NCBI GenBank assembly: GCA_963668675.2
Contig: CAXXMB010000002.1
Coordinates: 3,168,001 to 3,232,000, forward strand
Source: an uncultured Desulfatitalea sp.
GTDB taxonomy: Bacteria; Desulfobacterota; Desulfobacteria; Desulfobacterales; Desulfosarcinaceae
Direction of reading: 5' to 3'
Length of the DNA stretch: 64,000 nucleotides
The notes beneath the pieces are model-generated. The model had not been told where the DNA came from. It worked only from the letters and a program-made list of their open reading frames with translations, and ran no database searches. How positions within the stretch are numbered: position 1 is the stretch's first letter; the number at the start of each line of letters is the position of its first letter. A program made the position numbers and the translations under genes. Of this stretch, positions 46,902 to 57,039 are shown piece by piece.

Positions 46902-47876
46902 CTATCCCAAAAACCCTTCCAAACGCTTGCGGATAATCGCTTCGGCCTCGGACATGATGCGATCGACCAGCTCCTTGCAGGTGGGAACGTCGTGGATCAG
47001 GCCCGCCACCATACCGCAGGACCAGACGCCTGAATCGGTGGCGCCCTCCATCATGATCTTGGGATAGACCCCGGCGACCTCATCGATGATGTCCTCGAAC
47101 TTGATATTTTTGCCGAGCTTCGCCTCTTTCTCCAGCAGGCGCTCCACCGCGGGGTTGACGATGACGCGTTCGGTGTTGCGCAGCGGCCGCATCACCAGGC
47201 GCGTGTCGAGTTCCGACGCCGCCACGATGGCCTGTTTCACATTCTCATGCACCGGCGCCTCTTTGGTGGCGATGAAGCGTGTGCCCATGTTGATGCCGTC
47301 CGCTCCCAGGGCCAGAGAGGCGACCAGGCTGCGTGCGTCGGCCATACCGCCCGAGGCGACGAACGGTATCTTCAGCTCTTCCGCCGCCCGCGGCAGCAGA
47401 ATCATGTTGGGGATGTCATCCTCCCCCGGGTGGCCGCCGCATTCGAAGCCGTCCACCGACACCGCATCGCATCCGATCGACTCGGCCTTCAGGGCGTGGC
47501 GCACCGCCGTGCACTTATGGATCACCTTCACCCCCGCGTCCTTGAGCCTTGGCAGATGCTCCTGGGGATTGCGGCCGGCCGTCTCTACGATCTTCACCCC
47601 TCCATCGATGAGGGCGCTGATATAGCTCGGGTAGTCGGGAGCATTGACGGTCGGTAAAAAGGTCAGGTTCACACCGAACGGCTTGTCGGTCATCTCGCGG
47701 CAACGCGCGATCTCCTTGCCGAGATCGGCCGGTGTCTTCTGCGTCAGGGCGGTGATGATCCCAAGGCCCCCGGCGTTGGACACTGCTGCGGCCAGCTCCG
47801 CGAATCCGACATAGTGCATGCCGCCTTGAATGATCGGGTGCTCGATGCCTAAAAGTTCTGTGATACGCGTCTTCAT
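46902..47876 (-). CDS. nitronate monooxygenase / FabK-like FMN oxidoreductase
   Basis: PIIQGGM, AAAVSNAGGLG, KPFGVN, ECGGHPG, ASGG, NMGTRF. Confidence 0.9.
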   Translation of the reverse strand: MKTRITELLGIEHPIIQGGMHYVGFAELAAAVSNAGGLGIITALTQKTPADLGKEIARCREMTDKPFGVNLTFLPTVNAPDYPSYISALIDGGVKIVETAGRNPQEHLPRLKDAGVKVIHKCTAVRHALKAESIGCDAVSVDGFECGGHPGEDDIPNMILLPRAAEELKIPFVASGGMADARSLVASLALGADGINMGTRFIATKEAPVHENVKQAIVAASELDTRLVMRPLRNTERVIVNPAVERLLEKEAKLGKNIKFEDIIDEVAGVYPKIMMEGATDSGVWSCGMVAGLIHDVPTCKELVDRIMSEAEAIIRKRLEGFLG

Positions 47877-48023
47877 GAACAGTTCCTCCAATACGTTGCG
47901 GTCATCGATGAGTGGTTCGAAAGATTCCCTTGATTAAACAAATACCATATGCCAAAAAAAGAAAAAGTGGCATAAATGACAAAAAGCGTTCGAAAACGGC
48001 CATAATCGTGAAAAGGATGAACA

Positions 48024-49019
48024 ATGGCAAAAATGACCTTCCTGGCGATTGAAGGGTGCCTTTTTTCGAGTATCAACAACTTGATCGACGCATTCGGCAT
48101 CGCCAACCTATGGCATCGTGCATTGGACAAAGCGGCTGTTGATCGCCTTTTCGAAACGGAGATCGTAAGTGTCGACGGCGGCCCTGTTCGTGCAAACCGG
48201 AACGTATGCATCCATCCGGACCGGTCCATCTCCGAAGCGTGCGCTGCCGATATGATTTTCATTCCGGCCTTTTCCGAAATGGTCCACCTTTCGGCGCCGG
48301 AAATCAACTCTATTCTCTCCTGGATCGTGACCCAATACCAACGGGGTGTCCCCATCGCCGCCACCTGCACGGGCGCATTTCTGTTGGCCGAGACCGGTCT
48401 TCTGGACGGACGCATCGCCACCACCAACTGGCAGTTTGCCCGAATCTTCCGGCGCAGGTATCCCAATGTGTATCTCAATATCGACCGCATGATCACCGAG
48501 ACCGACGGGTTGATCTGCACCGGCGCTGTCACGGCCATTTTCAATCTTGCCCTGCTTTTGATTCAACGGTATGGCGGCGAAGAACTCTCCTCGATCTGCG
48601 CCAAGTCCTTTCTGGTCGATCCCAACCGGGAGAGTCAGGCGCCCTACGCCATCTTCCGATCGAGCAAAGGCCACGGCGACGCCCAGGTGCTGGCGGCCCA
48701 GCAATGGATGGAGGCGAACTACGCGCAGACCATCTCCATCGATGCTGTGGCCCAACAGGTCGGTATGAGCCCGCGCCACTTCAAGCGCCGTTTTAGAAAA
48801 GCCACCGGGGCACCCCCCCTGGTCTATCTTCAAAATGTGCGCATCCAGGCGGCCAAAGAGAAGCTGGAGACCACCCAGGCGAGCGTGAACGAAATCACTT
48901 ACTGCATCGGGTATGAAGACAGCAGCACTTTCCGAAGGCTGTTTAAAAGGGAAGTGGGGTTGTCGCCCCGGGAGTATCGGGATAAGTTCTACCGAATACC
49001 GGCCATTGTGAACCATTGA
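48024..49019 (+). CDS. GlxA-family AraC regulator (DJ-1/PfpI domain + HTH)
   Basis: CTGAFLLAETGLLDGRIATTNW, MSPRHFKRRF, GYEDSSTFRRLFKR. Confidence 0.93.
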   Translation: MAKMTFLAIEGCLFSSINNLIDAFGIANLWHRALDKAAVDRLFETEIVSVDGGPVRANRNVCIHPDRSISEACAADMIFIPAFSEMVHLSAPEINSILSWIVTQYQRGVPIAATCTGAFLLAETGLLDGRIATTNWQFARIFRRRYPNVYLNIDRMITETDGLICTGAVTAIFNLALLLIQRYGGEELSSICAKSFLVDPNRESQAPYAIFRSSKGHGDAQVLAAQQWMEANYAQTISIDAVAQQVGMSPRHFKRRFRKATGAPPLVYLQNVRIQAAKEKLETTQASVNEITYCIGYEDSSTFRRLFKREVGLSPREYRDKFYRIPAIVNH

Positions 49020-49076
49020 TGATCGCGTGCGTTGTTCACGTCCATCACCACCCCATCAGCAAAGGAAACGATCCGC

Positions 49077-50027
49077 ATGACCCCACTCCTGATCAACTTC
49101 GATCTGCCTGCCCCGTACATCGATCAACTCAAGCGCAAGTACACCGAGGTGACGTTTGTCCACTGCACTGACCGAAAAGAGGCGCAGACCCATCTCCCCA
49201 ACATCCAGATCCTGCTCACCTTTTTTCTGTGCACCCGCAAGATGCTCGATGCGGCACCGCAGTTGAAGTGGATCCAGGCGATCAGTGCAGGGGTGGATTA
49301 CATGGACCTGGCGGAGATCGCCCGCCGGGAAATCCTGCTCACCAACGGGCGCGGCACCAGTAAAATCCAGATGGCCGAATTTGCCATCGGCGCCATGATC
49401 AGCCTGGCCAGGGGGTTTCACACCATGGTGCGCAACCAGATGCAGAAGAAGTGGGACCGCGGTCTGCCCTCCGGAGAGATCCACGGCGCCACTGTCGGTA
49501 TCCTCGGTCTGGGTGCCATCGGCGGAGAGCTGGCCAAACGCGCCGCAGCAATGGGGATGCGGGTCATTGGTGTGCGGCGCACCCCCGCACCTGTGGACCA
49601 TGTCGAGAAAGTCTACTCCCAGGAGGAGATGGGGGCGCTCTTCGAGCAGAGCGACTACATCGTCAATTTGCTGCCGTCGACGCCCGATACGGAGAAGATC
49701 ATCGACCGGAGCTGTTTCGATCTCATGAAACCCACCGCCAGCTTCATCCACATCGGCCGGGGGCAGACCGTGAATGAAGCCGACCTGGTCGAGGCGCTGC
49801 AGCAGAAGAAGATCAACGCCATGGTGAGCGATGTCTACGAAACGGAGCCGCTGCCCGAGCAGAGCCCTTTGTGGGAGATGGACAACGTCATCATCTCGCC
49901 CCACGTGTGCGGCATGTCGCCCCGATACATGGCGCGTGCCATGGAGATCATCGACCACAACCTCGACGCCTATTTGCGTGGTCAGGGGGAGATGATGAAT
50001 GTGGTGGATTTGTCTTCAGGTTACTAG
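49077..50027 (+). CDS. D-2-hydroxyacid dehydrogenase family
   Basis: SAGVD, GLGAIG, IGRG, DVYETEPLP, SPHVCG. Confidence 0.92.
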   Translation: MTPLLINFDLPAPYIDQLKRKYTEVTFVHCTDRKEAQTHLPNIQILLTFFLCTRKMLDAAPQLKWIQAISAGVDYMDLAEIARREILLTNGRGTSKIQMAEFAIGAMISLARGFHTMVRNQMQKKWDRGLPSGEIHGATVGILGLGAIGGELAKRAAAMGMRVIGVRRTPAPVDHVEKVYSQEEMGALFEQSDYIVNLLPSTPDTEKIIDRSCFDLMKPTASFIHIGRGQTVNEADLVEALQQKKINAMVSDVYETEPLPEQSPLWEMDNVIISPHVCGMSPRYMARAMEIIDHNLDAYLRGQGEMMNVVDLSSGY

Positions 50028-50069
50028 TTCCCTACAATGGGAGTTTAACTTCTACTGCCAAGGGATATA

Positions 50070-50186
50070 GCTTAAGCGGATGCAACGGGCGGGCATAAAG
50101 CCCGCCCCTAAGAGGATTGGGAAGAAACATCGGTCCTTACCATGAACGGGATTCGTAGGGGCGGGCTTTACGCCCGCCCGGATCGG
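50070..50186. repeat. REP-doublet MITE-like element (truncated/diverged)
   Basis: CTTAAGCGGATGCAACGGGCGGGCATAAAGCCCGCCCCTA...GTAGGGGCGGGCTTTACGCCCGCCCGGATCGG, colinear with 51090-51206. Confidence 0.78.
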
Positions 50187-50244
50187 CAGCGCGAACACAT
50201 CTATCTAGTGGAATTGGGTCAAACGTTTCAAGTGAGGGGTGAAT

Positions 50245-51045
50245 ATGGATTTGATGCTGGAAGGTAAGGTGGCCGTTGTGACCGGTTCGGGCAATGGCAT
50301 CGGAAGGGAGATTGCTCTGCTGCTGGCAAAGGAGGGCACTTCTATCGTGGTGGCGGATTTTATCGCAGAGGCGGCCGGAAAGGTGGCCGCTGAGATCGAA
50401 GAGGCGGGAGGCAAGGCGTTGCCGCTGGAAGTGGATGCCACGGTTGAGGCGTCGGTCGAACTGATGATCGAGAAGTGCGTTTCCGATTTCGGCCGTATCG
50501 ATATCCTCGTCAACAACGTCGGCGGCGGTTCGGGCCCCGATCCGGTCATCAAGATGACGGCGGCGGCCTGGGACCGCACCATCGATGTCAACCTGCGCAG
50601 TGTCTTTTTATGCTCACGCGCTGCGGCCAAGGCAATGGTTCGACGCAAACAGGGGCGCATCATCAGCATCTCCTCGATCTCCGGGAAGATGGGCGAATCG
50701 CTTATCGGACCCTACTGTGCAGGCAAATTCGGCGTTATCGGATTGATGCAGGTGATGGCCAAGGAGCTGGCCCGCTATGGCATCACGGCCAACAGCGTCT
50801 GCCCTGGATACGTCTGGACCCCCGCCTGGGAGGAACTTGCCCGGGAGATGGGCGAGAATTTTGCAGTGTTGGCCGCCAAATCCACGGAAGAGATCTTCGA
50901 GGCCCGGGTCAGGGACAAGGTTCCTCTGGGGCGTGCCCAGACCGGTGAGGATATCGCCGCCATGGTGGCGTTCCTGGCATCGGACAGGGCCAAGAATATT
51001 ACCGGGCAGGCGATCAATGTGGATGGCGGCGCGGTGATGCATTAG
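50245..51045 (+). CDS. classical SDR oxidoreductase
   Basis: TGSGNGIG, NNVG, YCAGK, ITGQAINVDGG. Confidence 0.92.
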   Translation: MDLMLEGKVAVVTGSGNGIGREIALLLAKEGTSIVVADFIAEAAGKVAAEIEEAGGKALPLEVDATVEASVELMIEKCVSDFGRIDILVNNVGGGSGPDPVIKMTAAAWDRTIDVNLRSVFLCSRAAAKAMVRRKQGRIISISSISGKMGESLIGPYCAGKFGVIGLMQVMAKELARYGITANSVCPGYVWTPAWEELAREMGENFAVLAAKSTEEIFEARVRDKVPLGRAQTGEDIAAMVAFLASDRAKNITGQAINVDGGAVMH

Positions 51046-51227
51046 CCCGGCTTCTCCGGGAGTTGAAAGTGTAAAGTCAATGTCATCAACTTAAGCGGAT
51101 GTAACGGGCGGGCATAAAGCCCGCCCCTACGACGTTTGAGTAGAAACACATTCTGTTACCATATAAGAACCGTGTAGGGGCGGGCTTTATGCCCGCCCGG
51201 ATCGGTAGCTGAAGAGCCTTAAGTTAA

Positions 51228-52328
51228 CGGAACTATAACCCATAAAAAGGCTCTACGTTGAACAACTTAAATTCAGGATACCACCACATTTGGTTCTTCG
51301 TACCTGGCATCCTGGTGCCTTTGATAGCAGTGAGCTCAACATATCCATCACTGGCATGGATTTCATGATGATTTTCAAAGTACCCTTTTTACTCTTTTTC
51401 AGTTCTGGGATGCGATGATTCCACCTAAAACATACTTCATGGAGATAGCGCGCCAAATGCTTTTTGCTCATATAGTGAAAAACACCCAGTTTCGCGCGCT
51501 CCAAGTTCGCGTTGAACGACTCTGCCGTGTTGTTGTGCACCTCGCCACGGACATATTCTTTGTTCCCATGGTTCACCCAATCGTGAGCTGCAAATAATTT
51601 GCCGGCTTTGCGATAACTATGAAGCTGATCGGTCATCAGATGCGATCTTTTATCGACAAAACGCTTTATATGCGGCAAAAGATCGGCAAATTTGTCGCTT
51701 TTCACCGGTACTGCCCGAACCGGGCCGTTGCGTTCAACCGCTACAAAAACTCACTGCTTTTGGGTTCCCCGGCCTCGTTTGTGCTTTACACCATGCTCGT
51801 ATCGCGGTTTTCCACCGATATACTTTTCATCCAATTCGACGATGCCTTGCAGCGCCGGAACCAATTCCAATCCCGGGTCCATCATCTTTCTGACAGCATG
51901 GCCAATCTTCCAGGCGCTTTTTTGAGAAATGCCGATCCATTTACCCAAAAAGACCGAGGACACGCCCTTGCTCGAATTGGCGATGTAGTACATTGCAAGC
52001 AACCATTTCCAAAGAGGCAACTTGGTGCTGTGCATCGGTGTTTTGGTGGTCACTGTAAATTGCCTTTTGCATTGGGCGCATTCGTACAATCCGGCTCGTA
52101 CGCTATTGCCTGATAAAGCGTACGACTTAGAACAGTAGCAGTGGGGGCAATACCGGCCGTGGCGCCACAAAACAGATTCGAAAAAATGACGACAGGTCGA
52201 CTCATCTGCAAACCGCTTTCTGAATTGATCGATATTCATGGCATCCTCCTTAGGTTTCAGGAGAATGCTATCATAGGCCTGTGACAGATCCGGTCACACT
52301 ATAGGCCTTTTTATTGGTTATAGGTCCG
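51228..52328 (-). mobile_element. IS1595-family insertion sequence (1101 bp)
   Basis: TIRs CGGAACTATAACCCATAAAAAGGC vs CGGACCTATAACCAATAAAAAGGC (22/24); 8-bp direct repeat TAAGTTAA at 51220-51227 and 52329-52336. Confidence 0.92.
51253..52239 (-). pseudogene. IS1595/ISXO2-like transposase with one in-frame TGA
   Basis: Zn ribbon CPHC...CAQC, VELDEKY, MTDQ, NNTAESF, YLHEVCFRWN; both ORF pieces are in the same frame, split by TGA at 51751-51753. Confidence 0.88.
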
Positions 52329-52422
52329 TAAGTTAATGACATTGAGTGTAAAGTGGAAAGTTTTAAGTGAAGGAATCTTGTCTATTGTATTCTTCTGGAA
52401 CGATGCGGCAGGCGCGGTGCTG

Positions 52423-53526
52423 ATGCGGGCGACGCGGCAGCAAAATTATCTGGCGATTCTGATCATCCTCGGTATTGTGGCGACCCTGGGGTTGCGTATC
52501 TGGAGCGGGCATCATGCTCAATCCATATACGGCCCCAAGCTTGTGGCTGCCAATCCGCAATCCGTCTATGTCGTTATGAACGGCAGCTTGTACCACCTCG
52601 ATCGTTTCGGCGTCCTTCAGGATGCCGTCTCCCTCGCTGCCATCGGATTTGCAGAGACGCCCTGCGACATGCAGGCCCTTGCGGACGGGCGGCTGATGGT
52701 GGGCAATCGGGAAGCGCGTGCGATCTATGTCTGTGATGGGGATCTTTCAACCTGCCAACCGTTTTACGCACTTCCGGCGGTGGATGGCCGCGAGAACCCC
52801 GGGCGCGCCGCAGACTGGAATGCCTTTGATTTTTACTTCGATGCCGCCACAGAGCGCCTGTTCATTGTCGATGCGATCCTGCTGGAGTTTACCATTGTCG
52901 CCATGCCCAAAGGGAGCCGCAGCCTGGTGCTGGACCAGGAGGACCTCGCCTTGCCGAGCGATATCTGGGTGGACCACCGCGGCACGGCCCGCATCGCCGA
53001 TACGCTGCGACAACGGATTGCCGGCGTGATTACCGCAGATTCACAGTTTAAGGCCTTTTACACCGATTACCCGGGGCGCACTCGGGTGGCCAGGGAGGGG
53101 AACTACTTCCCCATCAACCTCATCCAGGGACCTCGAAAAAATTGGTGGGTGCTCAATGCCGGCCCGAGGCTGTTGGAGGCGGATCTGGTGCGCTACGATT
53201 CCGACGGCATCCCCCGCCAGCGTATTGCACTCCCCGACGATGCCCAGCCGGAATCCCTGGCCGTATTCGGAAACCATTTACTGGTGGCGGACCCTTTTTT
53301 GTTCACCCTCTTCAGCGTCAATCTCGAAGACGCCACCGTCGAGCGGTTTGGCGCTCAACCTTTCGTGGATGAGGCTCTCTATTTCAAGCATCGGGCCGGC
53401 AGCTATCGCCACATTTCAGGCCTGGCCCTGATCTGCCTGATCCTCTTCGTCCTGTTTTGCTTTTTACTGTTCTGGAAGGTGAAACACCTGGGGCGGGCTG
53501 GCGCTTCTCATGCCACCGGCTCATAG
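52423..53526 (+). CDS. hypothetical membrane-anchored protein, possible NHL-like beta-propeller
   Basis: N- and C-terminal TM helices; LPSDIWVD..IADT..QRI and FPINL repeat-like segments; start uncertain. Confidence 0.6.
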   Translation: MRATRQQNYLAILIILGIVATLGLRIWSGHHAQSIYGPKLVAANPQSVYVVMNGSLYHLDRFGVLQDAVSLAAIGFAETPCDMQALADGRLMVGNREARAIYVCDGDLSTCQPFYALPAVDGRENPGRAADWNAFDFYFDAATERLFIVDAILLEFTIVAMPKGSRSLVLDQEDLALPSDIWVDHRGTARIADTLRQRIAGVITADSQFKAFYTDYPGRTRVAREGNYFPINLIQGPRKNWWVLNAGPRLLEADLVRYDSDGIPRQRIALPDDAQPESLAVFGNHLLVADPFLFTLFSVNLEDATVERFGAQPFVDEALYFKHRAGSYRHISGLALICLILFVLFCFLLFWKVKHLGRAGASHATGS

Positions 53527-54171
53527 CAGACCGATGGCCGACGCGAAGAGAAACTGGGCCGCGTAGTAGAGCGGCAGCCCTACGATGCGGTTGATATAGG
53601 CGCTGGCAACGAACTGATCCCGGGCCACCATGATATCCGAAATGTAGAACATGACCGCACCTGCCAGTACGGCATTTCTTCCTTCAATAGCCCACTCGGG
53701 GTTGATGAAAACCGCCAGCGCGCCACCGACCATTGCCGATATCACCACAATGTAGCCGATGACCGGGGCGGTCATGTCGCCGAGATGGGGCCGCAGCCAC
53801 AGGAAGATCACCGTCCCGACGGCCAGAAGAACGGCCAGCCCTGCCGCAACCCACCCATTGAGAAAACCGTAGGTGTAAAAACAGACGGCATAGCACACAT
53901 GCCCCAGTAGAAATGACACCAGTCCGGCGAGAAACAGTTTGCGGGAGTTGAAGAAGATAAGAAAAAGGTCGCCCACCCAGCTCAGCATCAATCCGGCCAG
54001 CATCCATCCGGCAAACGACGGGGTCGTCCACGGCTGCAGACAGGCCGTCAGGATGAAGAGCGCCGACAGTAAAGGCTTCGAGGCCAGTTTCCAGGGGATA
54101 CTTTCCCGTTTTTCGGCATAGAGGAGCAGGGCGAGCAACAGCAGGGCAGGAAAAAGGATGGGCAGTGTCAT
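53521..54171 (-). CDS. YhhN/lysoplasmalogenase family membrane protein
   Basis: SKP, GLMLSWVGD, FLAGLVSFLLGHVCY, GAVMFYISD, YYAAQ. Confidence 0.88.
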   Translation of the reverse strand: MTLPILFPALLLLALLLYAEKRESIPWKLASKPLLSALFILTACLQPWTTPSFAGWMLAGLMLSWVGDLFLIFFNSRKLFLAGLVSFLLGHVCYAVCFYTYGFLNGWVAAGLAVLLAVGTVIFLWLRPHLGDMTAPVIGYIVVISAMVGGALAVFINPEWAIEGRNAVLAGAVMFYISDIMVARDQFVASAYINRIVGLPLYYAAQFLFASAIGLL

Positions 54172-54323
54172 GCAGTCATCTCCGATTTTTGAGTCGTCTA
54201 TGTCACTTGTACTCGAACAGTGCCGGGGAGGGAAGGGCAAATTGTTACATGTTGAGCTTTTAGATGAAGGAATGGTGTCGATATGGGTGGTATATACCGA
54301 TGGGCATGAATGAAATTTATTAC

Positions 54324-54372
54324 TTGACATGAGTTCACAATATTGCATAGATTCTATCCATCAAATGATGGA
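54324..54372 (+). promoter_or_regulatory. promoter with TetR-type operator
   Basis: TTGACA (54324), 18-bp spacer, TAGATT, then palindrome TCCATCA-AA-TGATGGA (54357-54372). Confidence 0.6.
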
Positions 54373-54433
54373 ATCAATCGTTGGGCAATTTTGAAAACGG
54401 CATTGCCCGCAACAATGAAAGGTCCATCTCTGC

Positions 54434-55081
54434 ATGCCCACAGCCCTTGAAAAAGCACGACAGGCGCCAGACTCGATGAAGGCCAGGATACTGGCCGCTG
54501 CCCGCCTGCTGTTTGGTGAATACGGTTTTCACGGCGTCACCACCCGCATGATCGCCAAGGAGGTGGGCATCGACATCTCAACCCTCCACTACCACTGGGG
54601 CGAAAAGCAGGAGCTGTACGAGGCGGTGCTGACCGATCTGAGTGATGAGATTAGCGACAAGCTGGTCGAGATCGAGGATCTGGTCCATGGCAAACCGCTC
54701 TCTGTCAGGTTGGAGGTGGCCATCGATGTCATGTGCGACCACCTCTTCGGTAATCCGGAATCGGCCAACCTGATGCTCTTCAGCCACTTTTCCAAAAATC
54801 GGCTGAACTCAGATATCCATACCCACATGACCCGCTACCTGGCCAATATCGCCGTGGCCATGGGGTTGGCCGAGGACAAGGCCCATATCCCTCCCCAGGC
54901 CAATGCCAGGGTGCTGGCTGTTTGGAATTCGGTAATCAACTTTGCCGCCGGCGAGAGTTTTTTCCGGCCCATGCTGAAGCTCGATCCCCAGGGCTATAGC
55001 GATGTGGTCAAGGAGACGTTGAAGTTTATTCTGATTCCGGCGTTTACTCAAGAGGGCACCCCGCTGCGCGGGGAAAAGTGA
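54434..55081 (+). CDS. TetR/AcrR family regulator
   Basis: LFGEYGFHGVTTRMIAKEVGIDISTLHYHWGEKQELY HTH. Confidence 0.92.
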   Translation: MPTALEKARQAPDSMKARILAAARLLFGEYGFHGVTTRMIAKEVGIDISTLHYHWGEKQELYEAVLTDLSDEISDKLVEIEDLVHGKPLSVRLEVAIDVMCDHLFGNPESANLMLFSHFSKNRLNSDIHTHMTRYLANIAVAMGLAEDKAHIPPQANARVLAVWNSVINFAAGESFFRPMLKLDPQGYSDVVKETLKFILIPAFTQEGTPLRGEK

Positions 55082-55173
55082 AAAACATGAAAGTATGAAA
55101 GTGAAGGTATTCTGTTTGATATAGGGTTTAACGATCCGTTAAACAATTGACGGTTTGCAAAAGGAGAATTCCG

Positions 55174-56931
55174 ATGCCTCTCAACCTTGATGCGGTCGGC
55201 CAGAAGCTCGGGCCCCTGACAAAACAGTACACCTGGAAAGATGTGGTGTTGTATGCCCTGGGAGTGGGCGCCGGCCCAGACGATCTGCACTACTGTTTCG
55301 AAAAGTCGCTCAAGGTGATCCCCAGTTTTTCCATCGCCACCATCTTCGACATCCTGGCCGAGATCGGGATCAAGGCCAACGTCAACCTGGCCGGGGTGCT
55401 GCACGGCGAGCAGGAGCTGATCTTCCACAATCCCATCCCCACCGAAGGGGGCATGACCACCGAGGGGCGCATCACCCATATCTACGACAAAGGCGAGGGC
55501 AAAGGAGCCCTGATCATCGGTGAGAGCGACACCTACCACGCCAACGGCAAGAAGCTTTTTACCAGCATCTGCACGGTCTTCGGGCGCCTGGACGGCGGGT
55601 TCGGCGGCGACAACGCCCCCAAACGGGAGCTCGCCTTTCCGGATCGCGAACCGGACGCCACGGTGCAGTCCCATCCGGCAGCCAGCCAGCCGCTGCTCTA
55701 CCGCCTCTCCGGCGACCTGTTCGACCTGCATGTGGACCCGGAATTCGCCAAGATGGCCGGCTTCGAGAAGCCGATCATGCACGGCCTCTGCACCCACGGC
55801 TATGCCTGTCGGGCGCTGTGCGACACGTTGATTCCCGGGCAACCGGAGAAGGCGCGTCGCATGGTGTGCCGTTTCAGCAAGCCGCTCTATCCCGGCGTGC
55901 CCATCAAGATCCTGATCTGGAAAGAGGAGGAGGGGCGCGCCCTGTGGCGGGTCATTAATGCTGAAACCGGCGACACGGTCATCGACCACGGCCTCTTCGA
56001 ATACGGCGATGTGCCTGCGCGTCAGATCCGTTTCGACGACCGGGTGGCGATCGTCACCGGCGCCGGTGCCGGGCTGGGACGCGCCTACGCGCTGGAGCTG
56101 GCAAAGCGGGGCGCCAAGGTGGTGGTGAATGACCTGGGCGGCGCCCGGGACGGTTCGGGGAAGGGCAGCAGCGCCCCGGCCGACCAGGTAGTCGAAGAGA
56201 TTCGCGCCCTTGGCGGCGAAGCGGTGGCCAACTACGATTCGGTGGCCACCCCCGAAGGCGGGGAGGGGATCGTGCGTACCGCGCTGGAGGCCTTTGGCAA
56301 GGTGGATATCCTGATCAATAATGCGGGTATCTTGAGAGACAAAAGCTTCATAAAGATGGCGCCGGAAAACTGGCACGCGGTTATGGGCGTTCATCTCAAC
56401 GGCGCCTACCACGTGAGCCGGCCGGCATTTACCGCCATGCGCGAAAACGGCTACGGGCGGATCCTGATGACCACTTCGGCTGCCGGTCTCTACGGCAACT
56501 TCGGACAGACCAACTACTCGGCCGCCAAAATGGGGCTGATCGGCCTGATGAATGCCATGAAGCTCGAAGGGGAGAAGTACAACATCCAGGTCAATACCAT
56601 CGCGCCTCTGGCCGCCTCGCGACTGACCGAAGATATTCTGCCCCCGGACATGTTCGACAAATTGAAGCCCGAGTACGCCGTGCCCATGGCCCTATTCCTC
56701 TGCTCGGAGCAGTGCGAGGTTACCGGTAACATCTACAACGCCGGCATGGGATTCTACAACCGGGCGGCTATCATGACCGGCCCCGGGGTCGTACCGGTCC
56801 GGGACGGCAGCATCCCATCCATCGAGGAGGTCCGCGACGCCATGGATGAGATGGCCACTCTGGAAGAGGGCAAGGCGTTCGGCCAGCTCGGCGAGCAGCT
56901 GATGGATGTGTTGGAGAGTATAAAGGAGTAG
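55174..56931 (+). CDS. fusion: (R)-enoyl-CoA hydratase (double hot-dog/MaoC) + MFE-2-type hydroxyacyl-CoA dehydrogenase SDR
   Basis: LYALGVG, LHGEQ, YRLSGD..DLHVDP, PIMHGLCT; then TGAGAGLGRAYA, VNDLGG, GLYGNFGQTNYSAAK. Confidence 0.9.
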   Translation: MPLNLDAVGQKLGPLTKQYTWKDVVLYALGVGAGPDDLHYCFEKSLKVIPSFSIATIFDILAEIGIKANVNLAGVLHGEQELIFHNPIPTEGGMTTEGRITHIYDKGEGKGALIIGESDTYHANGKKLFTSICTVFGRLDGGFGGDNAPKRELAFPDREPDATVQSHPAASQPLLYRLSGDLFDLHVDPEFAKMAGFEKPIMHGLCTHGYACRALCDTLIPGQPEKARRMVCRFSKPLYPGVPIKILIWKEEEGRALWRVINAETGDTVIDHGLFEYGDVPARQIRFDDRVAIVTGAGAGLGRAYALELAKRGAKVVVNDLGGARDGSGKGSSAPADQVVEEIRALGGEAVANYDSVATPEGGEGIVRTALEAFGKVDILINNAGILRDKSFIKMAPENWHAVMGVHLNGAYHVSRPAFTAMRENGYGRILMTTSAAGLYGNFGQTNYSAAKMGLIGLMNAMKLEGEKYNIQVNTIAPLAASRLTEDILPPDMFDKLKPEYAVPMALFLCSEQCEVTGNIYNAGMGFYNRAAIMTGPGVVPVRDGSIPSIEEVRDAMDEMATLEEGKAFGQLGEQLMDVLESIKE

Positions 56932-57039
56932 AGACTGAAGGCTGAAGACTGAAGTGGTAACGGCTGAAGGCGAATATCAATCGGCCCTTTTCCTTCACTT
57001 AACACTTTAAACTTAACACTTCTCCCCAAGGAGTTACTC

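Larger units (their letters stand above)
51078..52344. mobile_element. MITE-like element with internal REP doublet, interrupted by an IS1595-family element
   Basis: TIRs CAATGTCATCAACTTAAG / CTTAAGTTAATGACATTG; 10-bp direct repeat AGTGTAAAGT at 51068-51077 and 52345-52354. Confidence 0.8.

Noticed and set aside
51751..51753. Selenocysteine in the transposase
   Set aside because: No convincing SECIS seen and no precedent known to me; nonsense mutation is simpler.
51619..52113. Plus-strand ORF inside the IS as a passenger gene
   Set aside because: It is fully antisense to the transposase.
56933..56970. GACTGAAG/GCTGAAG short tandem heptamers
   Set aside because: Only three or four degenerate units; no function can be supported.
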